A stretch of 64,000 nucleotides of DNA from Malacoraja senta (GCA_038087875.1 CM075997.1:3288001-3352000), one strand, 5' to 3'; numbered from the stretch's first letter, positions 1 through 12,495 are shown. Numbers and translations: made by a program. Notes: a model not told the origin generated them from the sequence alone.

Positions 1-741
1 AATCTGCAATTAAATGAGCTCTGATTGACTTAATTGTGTCGATTGAAGGAAGTTTGTGGAGAAAGAACCTTGTTGGGAGAATTGGTCGGCAGATTCCGAG
101 GATTCTCCGAATCCCGGGACTTTGAGTCGAGTCAGGAGTTTGGCGAACTCTTTCCACTACCCCCTCCCCCTTCCACCCACCCCCCGCACTCCCCATCCAC
201 AGCAATTTCCCGAGGAGAGCAGGCGGAAGGAAAGGTGTGTGTGTGTGTGTCCTGACCTCTGTCAAGCGCGGAGACGGCACATCCTGCTCTTTGTGTTGGG
301 CGCTCCACATACAAACTGCTGAGAGAGGGACTTACTCCCCGCATCCTGCCCCTTGACCATCCCTCGCTGTCCATGGTCCACTGAAACCGCCGCCCTCTTT
401 TTGCAGTTTAGTTTAGAGATACAGCGTGGAAACGGCCCACTGAGTCCAAATTACAAACCTGGATGATCAGCAATGTTCATAATGATCTCACCGACCATCA
501 TCGGCTCTGACCTCCCCACCATCGAGGGGATCTACCACAGTCGCTGCCTCAAAAAGGCTGGCAGCATCATCAAGGACCCACACCATCCTGGCCACACACT
601 CATCTCCCCGCTGCCTTCAGGTAGAAGGTACAGGAGCCTGAAATCTGCAACATCCAGGTTCAGGAACAGCTACTTCCCCACAGCCATCAGACTACTAAAC
701 TCAACTCAAACAAAAATCTGAACTTTAATAGCCTATTGCAC

Positions 742-763
742 TTATATATATATATATATATAT

Positions 764-794
<31 letters not shown>

Positions 795-797
795 ATA

Positions 798-863
<66 letters not shown>

Positions 864-1086
864 GTGTGCGTGTGTGTGCGTGTGTGTGCGTGTGTGTGCG
901 CGTGTGTGCGCGCGTGTATGTGTGCGTGTGCATGTGTGTGTATGTGTGTTTTTGTGTGCGTGTGCATGTGCGTGTGTGTGTATGTATATGTATATGTATA
1001 TACACACACATATATATACATACACATATATAGATATAGATATAGATATAGATACACATATACACATATGTGACATATATATATAT
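742..1086. repeat. Compound (TA)n/(TG)n microsatellite inside a Rex1 3'UTR
   Basis: Seen directly in the sequence. Confidence 0.95.
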
Positions 1087-1751
1087 TCAGTGGTATTCTG
1101 TTCTGTTCTGTATTCATGCCTACAATATTCTGTTGTGCTGAAGCAATGCAAGAATTTCATTGTCCTATTTGGGACACATGACAATAAACTCTCTTGAATC
1201 TTGGCGGTGCTGGCTCGAAGGGCCTTGTGGCCTTCTCCTGCACCTATTTACAATGTTTCTGTGTTAAGAGGTGATGCAAGTCACTGGGCACTCGGGCTTG
1301 TTACAGGTCAAAATCAGGGAACATTCATTTCATTTAGTTTGGATACAGTACGGATACAGGCCCTTTGACCAGCGATCCCCGCACATTAACACTATCCTAC
1401 ACACACTGCGGAATGTCACAGGGTTGTGGGTATTTGGAACGAGCTGCCAGAGGTGGTTTAGTTTAGAGATACAGCGTGGAAACAGTGTAGGAAGGAACTG
1501 CAGATGCTGGTTTGCACCGAAGACAGACACAAAATGCTGGCATAACTCAATGGGACAGGCAGCAACTCTGAAGAGAGGGAAAGGGTGGCGTTTCAGATTG
1601 AAGAAGGGTCTCAACGCGAAACGTTGTCCATTCCTTCTCTCCGGAGATGCTACCTGTCCCGCTGAGTTACTCCCGCATTTTGTGTCTGTCTTCAGCGTGG
1701 AAACAGGCCCTTTGTCCCAGCGAGTCTGCACCGACCAACAATGACCCCATA

Positions 1752-1997
1752 CAAGGTAGACAAAAATGCTGGAGAAACTCTGCGGGCGCAGCAGCATCTA
1801 TGGAGCGAAGGAAATAGGCAACGTTTCGGGACGAAACCCGGAAGGAAATAGGCAACGTTTCGGGCCGAAACCCGGAAGGGATTCGGCCCGAAACGTTGCC
1901 TATTTCCTTCGCTCCATAGATGCTGCTGCACCCGCCGAGTTTCTCCAGCATTTTTGTCTACCTTCGATTTTCCAGCATCTGCAGTTCCTTCTTAAAC
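1752..1997. mobile_element. Fold-back (head-to-head inverted) Penelope pLTR pair
   Basis: AAGGTAGACAAAAATGCTGGAGAAACTC...GGCAACGTTTCGGG is followed by its reverse complement CCCGAAACGTTGCC...TTTTTGTCTACCTT. Confidence 0.75.
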
Positions 1998-3339
1998 CAA
2001 ATGACCCCATACCTATGTGTTACCTATTCCACACACTAGGAACAATTTAGAATTTATTTACCGAAGCCAAATAACCTGCAAACATGCACGTCTTTTGGAG
2101 TGCGGGGGGGAACCGGAGCGCCTGGGGGAAAAAAACCACGCGGTCCCAGGGAGAGCGTGCAAACACCATACAGACAGTACCTGTAGTCAGGATCGAACCC
2201 GGGCTTCTGACGCTACGAGGCAGCACCTCTACCGCTGCGCCACTGTGCCGTCCCCGTGAAAGTGCTCCAGGGACAGGGAATGCGACGCTGGAAGGGAATT
2301 CCAGGATTTTGACCCTTGCAACAAGAATTAGTTCAGGGGCATCCTCTGCAATGTTTCCACGCCCTTTTACTATTTTCTCTGGTGAGGGAACTCGAAACCA
2401 GGGCCTGTAATTTGAACCAGAACCACTCCCAGACAGAGGATACTGGGCTGCCTTTACTTTCTCGCCCAACAGATCATGGGGGCTAGAACTTAGATCTATT
2501 ACAGTACAAGACCAGGCCCTTCGGCCCACATTGTCTGTGCCCAACTTGACGGTTCTTGAGATACAGCATAGTAACAGGCCCTTCGACCCACCGAGTCGAG
2601 GTCAACCATGCATCACCCGTTCACACTCGTGAAGAAACAGGTCCATCAGTCAGCTGAGCCCACTCCCTTCACATTAGGGGCATTTTACAGAGGCCAGTTA
2701 ACCAACAAGCCCGCACGTCTTTGGAAGTGGGAGGAAACATTTTTCACACAGAGAGTGGTGAATCTGTGGAATTCTCTGCCACAGAAAGTAGTTGAGGCCA
2801 GTTCATTGGCTATATTTAAGAGGGAGTTAGATGTGGCCCTTGTGGCTAAAGGGATCAGGGGGTATGGAGAGAAGGCAGGTACAGGATACTGAGTTGGATG
2901 ATCAGCCATGATCATATTGAATGGCGGTGCAGGCTCGAAGGGCCGAATGGCCTATTCCTGCACCTATTTTCTATGTTTCTATGAAACCGGAGCACCCGGA
3001 GGAAACCCACGCGGTCACTCACGGGGAGAACGTACAAACTCCGTAACTGTGTGTGTAACAGGGTTTGCGTCCCAGGACAAGTCATGCACTGTGCCTTCGG
3101 CAGGCAGTGACTGGGCAGAGCTGGGCACAGTGGTCGACAGACCAGGCTGGCACCAGAGCAGAGTCACACCCCGAGCCTCTGTCACAAGCCGCTACATCAG
3201 AGTCGCCGCTGATATCTCGTTCACCCCGACATCGAACGCCTTACCTTTCCTGGATCTGCGGCCAATAATCACCCCTTTTTGCCCTCCTATTACATGTCAC
3301 AACGATTCATCTCCCAGGCACTAGACATCATCACTCATA

Positions 3340-4455
3340 GAGGGACGGGTCTCACACACTGACCCTCACTCACCGGGAGACAGTCACACACTGACACAAA
3401 CGGACCCTCGCTGGGGTACAGATCACACACACACACAAACTGACCCTCACTGGGGTACACATCACACACACGGATTCTCACTGTGGGACGGGTCCCACAC
3501 ACTGACCCTCACTCACTGGGAGACGGTCACACACTCACACAAACTGACCCTTGCTGGGGTACAGATCCCCCCCACACACACACACTGGGGGAAGGGTCTC
3601 ACACACACACACACACACACACTGGGGGAAGGGTCCCACACACACACTGGGGGAAGGGTCCCACACACACACACACACACTGGGGGAAGGGTCCCACACA
3701 CACACACACACACTGGGGGAAGGGTCCCACACACACACACACACACTGGGGGAAGGGTCCCACACACACACACACACACTGGGGGAAGGGTCCCACACAC
3801 ACACACACACACTGGGGGAAGGGTCCCACACACACACACACTGGGGGAAGGGTCCCACACACACACACACTGGGGGAAGGGTCCCACACACACACACACT
3901 GGGGGAAGGGTCCCACACACACACACACTGGGGGAAGGGTCCCACACACACACACACTGGGGGAAGGGTCCCACACACACACACACTGGGGGAAGGGTCC
4001 CACACACACACACACTGGGGGAAGGGTCCCACACACACACACTGGGGGAAGGGTCCCACACACACACACTGGGAGAAGGGTCACACACATACACTGACCC
4101 CCACTCACTGAGGTACAGGTCCCACACACACACTCACTGGGGAAAGGGTCCCACAAACACACACACACTCACACTGGGAAAAGGGTCACACACACACACT
4201 CACTGGGGAAAGGGTTCCACACTCACACACACACAGGGGGGAGGGTCCCACACTCACACACACTCACACTGGGAGAAGGGTCACACACACACACTGACCC
4301 CCACTCACTGAGGTACAGGTCCCACACACACACTCACTGGAGAAAGGGTCCCACAAACACACACACTGGGAAAAGGGACCCCCCCTCCCCACACACACAC
4401 ACAGGGGGAAGGGTCCCACACACACCCACACTGACCCTCACTGGGGGAAGGGTCT
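3340..4455. repeat. Minisatellite CTGGGGGAAGGGTCC(CA)n, about 28-32 bp unit
   Basis: Homogeneous core at about 3585-4080 with degenerate flanks. Confidence 0.95.
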
Positions 4456-4809
4456 CCAGTCACAGACTGCACTGTAATAGTATATTTACACATTGCACCA
4501 CTCAGTCTGGGAGGGTTTCTCAGAGGGGCAAATTTAGACAATCCTAACACCCACTTTGATGCCCTTTACAGTACAAACAAAAAAAGATGAACAATTAGTC
4601 TCCTGCAACTGGTACACAGGATTGCAGGACAATGAGCAAACTGCAAGTGCCGGCACCAGCGACAACAATAGGCACCTCACAAGTTCAAAGCGAAACGTCA
4701 ACAACAGTCAAACTAAAACAGATGCCAGTTCATTAAAACTTTCACCTTTACAAAATTATTGGAGCGGAAAGAAGGCAAACACAGCAGAGACACAGAGCAA
4801 GTCCAGTCC

Positions 4810-4912
4810 CAGACTGAAGAAGGGTCTCGACCCGAAACGTCACCCATTCCTTCCCTCCAGAGATGCTGCCTGTCCCGCTGAGTGACTCCAGCATTTTGTG
4901 TCTATCTTCAGT
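4810..4912 (+). mobile_element. Short Penelope pLTR-derived element with hammerhead-like core (representative of more than 20 copies in the window)
   Basis: CTGAAGAAGGGTCTCGACCCGAAACGTC at 4814-4841, followed by the recurring ...GATGCTGCCTGTCCCGCTGAGT(T)ACTCCAGCATTTTGTG tail. Confidence 0.7.
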
Positions 4913-5340
4913 CTGAGACTAAACTGCACAGGAAGTTTTCCCCTCTCAGTCCGGTCGCACACGTTACAATGGTAAAGCGTGTGTGAGCAAGCTACGCCGC
5001 GGCTAACAGAAGAGCCGAGGTTTACCTTCGTGGGATCCTTGTGTGAGGAGGTGCAGGGGGCCGGAGCAGCGGTCCTTGTGCTGGATGGAGCTGTGGCCGG
5101 GGCACAACCAGCCTGGAATAAGTGAAGCGGCGACGCTGCTTACACACACACACACACCCAGTGTGGGCTGGCCTCTCTGACTATTGGCTTGGGGCTGGAC
5201 TGATTTCAAAGTTGTGTGAGGCTGCCGGGGACGTCAATCCTGGTCAGAGACTTGGGGCAGTTTCGGCAACTCTGACTGGTGTATCTCAGCTGCTTCCGAA
5301 GCCAGCTGTGTGGTTAACCATTGCATAGCCCTGTTCTCCA

Positions 5341-5426
5341 GGGGAGAGGGAGAGGGAGAGGGAGAGGGAGAGGGAGAGGGAGAGGGAGAGGGAGAGGGAG
5401 AGGGAGAGGGAGAGGGAGAGGGAGAG
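5341..5426. repeat. (GAGAGG)n polypurine hexamer repeat
   Basis: Seen directly in the sequence. Confidence 0.95.
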
Positions 5427-5979
5427 CAGTACTGAAGATCGACGCAAAATGCTGGAGTAAACTCAGCGGGCAGCGGGACAGGCAGCGTCTCTGGAGAGAA
5501 GGAATCTCTGAAATGGGTCTCGAACCGAAACGTCACCCATTCCTTCTCTCCAGCGATGCTGCCTGTCCCGCTGAGTTACTCCAGCATTTACTGTCTATCT
5601 TCGGTGTAAACCAGCATCTGCAGTTCCTTCCTACACATGATTACAATCAAGCCGTCCACAGTGTACAGATGCAGAATAAAGGGAATAATGTTGAGTGCAA
5701 GATAAAGCCAGTAAAGTCTGATTAAAGATAGTCCGAGGAGAGACCCTGTGCTGTATCACTCTGCACTGGAAAAGTACAGCACAAGAACAGGCCCATCATA
5801 CCTCGGTACACATGACATTAAATAACTAAACTAAACTACTAAGGTCATAAGTAATAGGAGTAGAATTAGGCCATTCAGCCCATCAAGTCTACTCCGCCAT
5901 TCAATCATGGCTGATCTATCTCTCTCTCTCTCCTAACCTCATTCTACTGCCTTCTCCCCATAACCTCTGACACCTGTAC

Positions 5980-6240
5980 CAGGGCTGCCAACATTGGGTG
6001 AGAGTTGGGAGTGAGATATTGCGAGAGACCAAGCCCGAGGGAGGGTGTGGGGGGAGGGTGTCCCCCCTCCCATTGGTACGGAACTTTTGCATTTTTCAGC
6101 TTGAAATTGTGCAACCTGGTGCATACTGTAGCGAGTCTTTTAACTTACACTTGAATGCAATATATATGCTTTAAATTGGATTAGCTATGAATAAGGTTAG
6201 ACTAAATTACATTCCTAATTACATTCCACAGTAGAGCCCA
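5980..6240. mobile_element. Truncated hAT-like element end
   Basis: Begins CAGGGCTGCCAAC and interrupts a CR1 fragment; I saw no matching second TIR. Confidence 0.4.
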
Positions 6241-9229
6241 GCCTCCACAGCAGTCTGTGACAAAGAATTCAACAGAACCACCATCTGTGATCATCTTGTA
6301 TATTAACCTACACACACTAGGGCCTACATTTGGCCCATGTCCCTCGAGAACTTTCCTATTCATGTACTTATCCAAATATCCTTTAATCATTGTAATTTAC
6401 CCAATCTACCTGCCCCAATCGAGCAGCTCGTTCCATACAGCCATACAGCTGTGCGAAAAACGTTTCATTCAGATTCCCCAAGGACTCTCACCATGAATTT
6501 AAACCCTCTAAATTTAGACTCTGGGGAAAAAGACAGTGAATATCTACCCTATTCATCTTTCTCATGAAGGGTACAGCACTAGAACAGGCCCTTCGGCCCA
6601 CAGTGCTCGTGCTGAACATAATCACAAAGCCAGATCTTATCTGCCTGTCTTTAATCCATACACCTCCATTCCCTGCATATCATAGAAACACGGAAACATA
6701 GACAATAGGTGCAGGAGTAGGCCATTCGGCCCTTTGAGGCAGCACCGCCATTCATTACAATCATGGCTGATCATCCAGAATCAGTACCCCGTTCCTGCTT
6801 TCTCCCCATATCCCTTGATTCTGTTGGCCCTTAGAGCTAAATCTAACTCTCTCTTGAAAACATCCAGTGAATTGGCCTCCACTGCCTTCTGTGGCAGAGA
6901 ATTCCACAGATTCACAACTCTCTGGGTGAAAACGTTTTTCCTCATCTCAGTCCTAAATGGCCTCCCCCTTATTCTGTGTGCCTCTCCAAAAGTCTCCTAA
7001 ACGCCACTGTAGCATCCGCCACCACCCCCAAATATGGCAATGCAAACCAGGCATTCAGCACTCTGTGCAAAATAAATTGCCCCGTACATCCTCTTTAAAC
7101 TTTGCCCCTCTCATCTTAAATCTATGCCCTTTAGACCTTGGCATTTCTAGTTCAGCTCATTAACCCCTTCATCACCAATATAATAGCTGCTGCATTCAGC
7201 TGGTATTTAAGGTGGCACAGCTGGTAGAGCTGCTGCCTCACAGCGCCACAGATCTGGGTTTAATCCTGACCTCGGCTGCTGTCTGTGTGGAGTTTGCACG
7301 TACTCCCTGTGACTGCGCGGGTGCTCCGGTTTCCTCCCACATCACAAAGACGTGCGGGTGTGTAGGTTAATAGGCCCCCCTGTAAATTGCTCCTAACGTG
7401 TAGGGAGTGGATGAGAAAGTGGGATGACATAGAACTGGTGTGAGCGGGTGATCGATGGTCCGGGTGTTTCCATGTCGTATGATGCATTCATTCATTCATC
7501 GTCGTTGAAAACATCAGCGACGCAGTGGTGCTGGTTTCCAACGGGAACGGTGACGGACGCACCACACATCTCTGTCCTCCAGTTCCTGTGGACTTCCGCC
7601 GCTGGAAGTATAGGATTTTGGTGTTTGTGTGGTTTATCATCATTCCTTACAATGCCGTGTACGACAGTGATCGCAACTTCTACTGAAGTGTGGTTGGCCG
7701 TTGGCTCGCTAGAAGCTCATCCATCCAGTCTGAAGAAGGGTTTCGGCCCGAAACGTTGCCTATTTCCTTCGCTCCTTTGCACCCGCTGAGTTTCTCCAGC
7801 ATTTTTGTGTACCACCCTTTGTCAGGTGCTGTTTTTGGTCCTCAGCCCTCTCCTCACCTGGCAATCCAGGTGGGGGAGACGGTTCAGTCGCCGACTATCC
7901 GACCATGGAGCAGGTAGCACGGGATTACATGGTACCCGTGGCGGGGGGAACTCCCCCCCCCCCCCCCCCCCGTCCTGACCTGCGGTCGTTCAATAACATG
8001 GATAATTGTGGTCCTTCGCAGGGAAATGACCAAATATGCGACACGTGAGGAGATGTTCGGGGAGATGATCAAAGAAGAGGGTCTTGCAAAAGCCTTGATC
8101 CCCCTCCCCTGCTTTCCCCCTCCGCTGTAGCTCACTGTGAATTGCTGCTGACACATCGGCCATTTAGTTTAGTTTTGTTTAGAGATACAGCGCGGAACAA
8201 GCCCACCGAGTCCGCACCGACCAGCGATCCCCGTACACTGACACCATCCCACACACACGAGGGATAGGTTACATTTATACCAAGCCAATTAACCTACAAC
8301 CCCGCACGTCTTTGGAGTGTGGGAGGAAACCAGAGATCCTGGAGAAAACCCACGCAGGTCACGGGCAGAACGTTCGAAACCCGTACAGACTGTGGTCAGG
8401 ATCGAACCCATGTCTCTGGCAGCAGCTCTATGGCCGCGCCCTCTGCTCCACTTCTCCCGCCTGCACCCTCGTGGCGTTCTGGTCGAAGTTGCTTAATCAT
8501 AAGGTCATGTGTTCTGGGAGCATTCGGCCCATCAAGACCACTCCATCATTCAATCAATCATGGCTAGACACAAAATTCTGGAGTAACTCAGCGGGACAGG
8601 CAGCATCTCTCGAGAGAAGGAATGGGTGACGTTTTGGATCGAGACCCCTCTTCAGACATGGCTGATTGAATCATTTCCAGCACTTGACCCAGGGGGTCAT
8701 TACCATGTTGTTTCTGGTACACATTCTAAAGAGAATATAACATGAGGTGCTGTTCCTCCAATTTGTGTGAAATCTTACTCTGGCAATGACTTAGAGCACA
8801 TATTCATCTGATCGGACTACATGGGCCTTCTGCAGGCTGTTCCATCATTGCAAGCTTTTACCCCGATAACCTGCCAACTAACAGTGGCGCAGCGAGGCAG
8901 CGGGTAGTTGTGCTGCCTCACATCTCTCAGCAAACTTCCTGCAATGGGGCAACGAGATTTTATAAACTTCTCAGCCTCCTTCACCCAGGGAAAACACTCT
9001 CTACTTATCTCTGCTTATAACTAAAGTTGAAGGTGAAAAGATTTAATAGGAATCTGAGCGGTGACATTTTCCACACAAAGGGTGGCGGGTGGGTGGGTGT
9101 ATGGAACGTGCTAACAGAGGAGGTAGTTGAGGCTGGGACTATCCCAACGTTTAAGAAACAATCAGACAGGTACAGGTTTAAAGTGATGCGGGCCAAACGC
9201 TGGCAGGTGGAACAAGTGTAGATGGGACA

Positions 9230-10082
9230 CATTCCCCCACTCACAACCAGGGCAGAGTCCCCCTAGTCCTCACCTTTCACCCCACCAGCCGTCACATACA
9301 ACAAGTGATCCTCCGTCAGTTTCGCCACCTCCAACGTGACCCCACCACTCGCCACATCTTCCCATCTCCCCCCATGTCTGCCTTCCGCAAAGACCGCTCC
9401 CTCCGTAACTCCCTTGTCAATTCTTCCCTTCCCTCCCGTAACACCCCCTCCCCGGGTACTTTCCCTTGCAACCGCAAGAGATGCAATACTTGTCCCTTCA
9501 CCTCCCCCCTCGACTCCATTCAAGGACCCAAGCAGTCGTTCCAGGTGCGACAGAGGTTCACCTGCATCTCCTCCAACCTCATCTATTGCATCCGCTGCTC
9601 TAGATGTCAGCTGATCTACATCGGTGAGACCAAGCGGAGGCTTGGCGATCGTTTCGCCGAACACCTCCTGTCGGTCCGCATTAACCAACCTGACCTCCCA
9701 GTGGCTCAGCACTTCAACTCCCCCTCCCATTCCGTATCTGACCTCTCTGTCCTGGGTCTCCTACATGGCCACAGCGAGCAACACCGGAAATTGGAGGAAA
9801 TGCACCTCATATTCCGCTTGGGCAGTCTACATCCTGGGGGCATGAACATTGAATTCTCCCAATTCTGCTAGCCCTTGCTGTCCCCTCCCCTTCATCAGCC
9901 ATCTGGTTGTCTCCTCCCATCCCCCAGCCCTCGGGCTCCTCCTCCGCTTTTTTTCCTTTTTTCCTTTCTTCTCCCCACCCCCTATCAGTCTGAAGAAGGG
10001 TTTCGGCCTGAAACGTTACCTATTTCCTTCGCTCCATAGATGCTGCTGCACCCGCTGAGTTTCTCCAGCACTTTTGTGTACC
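9230..10082 (+). mobile_element. 5'-truncated Penelope-like retroelement: GIY-YIG endonuclease region plus pseudo-LTR
   Basis: ORF 9305-9871 has a CNRKRCNTC Zn-finger linker, NLIYCIRC...YIGETKRRLGDRFAEH (GIY-YIG) and C-terminal PGGMN. It is inserted in a CR1 3' end, flanked by a 13-bp duplication TGTAGATGGGACA (9217-9229 and 10083-10095). Confidence 0.9.
9986..10020 (+). ncRNA. Minimal hammerhead-ribozyme-like motif in the Penelope pseudo-LTR
   Basis: CTGAAGA-A-GGG-TTTCGG-CCT-GAAA-C-GTT gives the CUGANGA / stem II / GAAA / NUH layout, directly downstream of the GIY-YIG ORF. Stem I is weak. Confidence 0.55.
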
Positions 10083-10789
10083 TGTAGATGGGACATGTTG
10101 GCTGGTGTGGGCAAGTTGGGCCGAAGGGCCTGTTTCCAGCCTGTATCACTCTATGACTCTATGAACTCAAGTCCCCCAGTCCTGGCAACATCCCGTGGAT
10201 CTTTTCCACACCTTTCTCACTTCCCACTATGAACAACATCCTCTTACACTCAGTCACTTCCTCCATGTAAAATATGTTGCCATGAGAACTGGCAGAAGGC
10301 CTGGCCAAGTTTGATTTTTCACAGGATGAACATCACGTCCTTTATTCCAGGCCCCCCACCCCTCCCCCCCCGCCCGTCAGCCACTCCCTCAATCCCAGTT
10401 TTCTGACCACAGTGAGGAGTCATTTCCTGCCCTCAGACGGAACTGAAAAATTCCATCAACATTGTTTCAGGTTTCCACCCATCCCTCATCTCCCAGTCCC
10501 TCTGCCTGGTCACATCCACCCTCTCCACACTACCACATGGGCGCAGCGGTAGAGCTACTGCTTTACAACGCTGGAGTCCCAGGTTCGATCCTGACTACGG
10601 GTGCTTGTCGGTACGGAGTTTGTATGATCTCCCCGTGACCCCGTGGGTTTTCCCCGGGTGCTCCGGTTTCCACCCACACTCCAAAAACGTACAGGTTTGC
10701 AGGTTAATTGGCCTGGTATAAATGTATAAGTGTAAAATTGTCCCTAGTGTGTGTAGGGTGGTGTTAATGCTCTGCCCAGGACAAGAAGG

Positions 10790-11208
10790 CTCTGCAGAGA
10801 GTGGTGCGTTCGGCCGAACGCACAATGGGAACTACACTCGCCCCCCTGCCGGAACTATACATCAGAAGGTGCAGATCCAGAGCCAGCAACATTATGGGGG
10901 ACCCCTACCACCCCAGCAACGGACTGTTCCAACTGCTACGGTCAGGCAAACGCCTCCGCTGTCACGCTGTGAAAACAGAGAGGATGAGGCGGAGTTTCTT
11001 CCCATCAGGACTGTAAACTCTTATCTCACCAGGGACTAATTTATTGTTGTGTTGTGTCTTATTAAAATTGCTGATATTTTTTCTATTATGTAAACACTGA
11101 TTCTGTTCTATTCTGTTCTGTAGTTTTTGCACAATCCGCAGGCATTGCCACTTTCATTTCACTGCACATCTTGTATGTGTATGTGACAAATAAAGTTGAC
11201 TTGACTTG
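10790..11208 (+). mobile_element. Rex1/Babar-type LINE fragment (different subfamily) inserted in a SINE
   Basis: VRSAERTMGTTLAPLPELYIRRCRSRASNIMGDPYHPSNGLFQLLRSGKRLR...SFFP with an AATAAAG(TTGAC)n tail; the SINE continues on both sides. Confidence 0.75.
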
Positions 11209-12194
11209 ATGTGCGGGGATCGCTGGTCGGTGCGGACTTGATGGGCCGAAGGACATGTTTCCGCGCTTTATCTCAAAAGTAAACTAAGCTACATCTTCAG
11301 TTTTTTTGTTGAGAGATACAGCATGGAAACAGGCCCTTCGGCCCATCGAATCAACCCCGATGGTACACAAAAATGCTGGAGAAACTCAGCGGGTGCAGCA
11401 GGATCTATGGAGCGAAGGAGATAGGCAACGTTTCGGGCCGAAACCCTTCTTCAGAGTCAACCCCGATCATGTCCATGCTAATCATCTGGTACCTAACTAG
11501 TTCAGTTTAGTTTAGTTTAGTTTAGAGATACAGTGTGGAAACAGGCCCTTTGGCCCATCGAGTCTGCGCTGACCAATGATCCCCCATTCACACTAGTTCT
11601 ATCCTACACACTAACAACAATTTACAGAAGCCAATTAACTTACAAAACTGGATCGTGGGAGGAAACTGGAGCACACAGAGAAAAACAACGCGGTCGCTAA
11701 CTAAATTAACAAAACTAAACAGATACCCCTGGCCTAGCGAACACACGGGTCATAGTGCAAAGAAGATAGAAGAGTACAACACAGGAACAGGCCCTTCGAT
11801 CCACAATATCCACAATATGTGTTGAAGATAATGCCAAGATAAACTGAACTCATCTTCTGTCCATGATCCCGACACCTCCATTTTGATTGAGAAGGTAACG
11901 GTGGAAGATGTTGACAAGTAGTGTAGGAAGGAACTGCAGATGCGGTTTTAACCAAAGATAGAAACAAAATACTGGAGTAACTCAGCGGGACAGGCGGCAT
12001 CTCTGGAGAGAAGGAATGGGTGACATTTCGGGTCGAGACCCTTCTTCAGACTCCTTATCTGGTCGGCGTGGGCTCGGTGGGCCGATGGGCCTGTTTGCAC
12101 CCTGTATCTCTAAAAGTCACAGCCCGGGCCCATCGACATGGTGAAACACTTGAGTGGATGTTTCAGATCTGTTATAATATAAATGATAAGGAGT

Positions 12195-12394
12195 NNNNNN
12201 NNNNNNNNNNNNNNNNNNNNNNNNNNNNNNNNNNNNNNNNNNNNNNNNNNNNNNNNNNNNNNNNNNNNNNNNNNNNNNNNNNNNNNNNNNNNNNNNNNNN
12301 NNNNNNNNNNNNNNNNNNNNNNNNNNNNNNNNNNNNNNNNNNNNNNNNNNNNNNNNNNNNNNNNNNNNNNNNNNNNNNNNNNNNNNNNNNNNNN
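12195..12394. other. Assembly gap (200 N)
   Basis: Run of N; the round size suggests a placeholder of unknown true length. Confidence 1.
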
Positions 12395-12495
12395 GCCGTG
12401 TCGATCTAAAGGCCAGACCGGGTCTGCTCGACAGCGCCACCTCTGGACGAACCCGGCGGCATGCAGTGCAGTGCAGGCGGAGCGGAGGAACTCAC

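Noticed and set aside
3585..4080. CRISPR-like appearance of regularly spaced repeats
   Set aside because: The spacers are just (CA)n, the context is eukaryotic, and there are no cas genes.
5321..5725. RG-repeat protein ORF (GRGRGR...)
   Set aside because: Translation of a (GAGAGG)n repeat joined to Penelope-derived sequence.
7810..8160. Unique-looking GC-rich stretch considered as a missing PLD 3' exon
   Set aside because: No frame I read resembles the PLD3 C-terminal exons.
12431..12447. CTCF-like site CAGCGCCACCTCTGG
   Set aside because: Matches only the GGTGGCGC half; the spacing to the CCA half is off by one base, and there is no other support.
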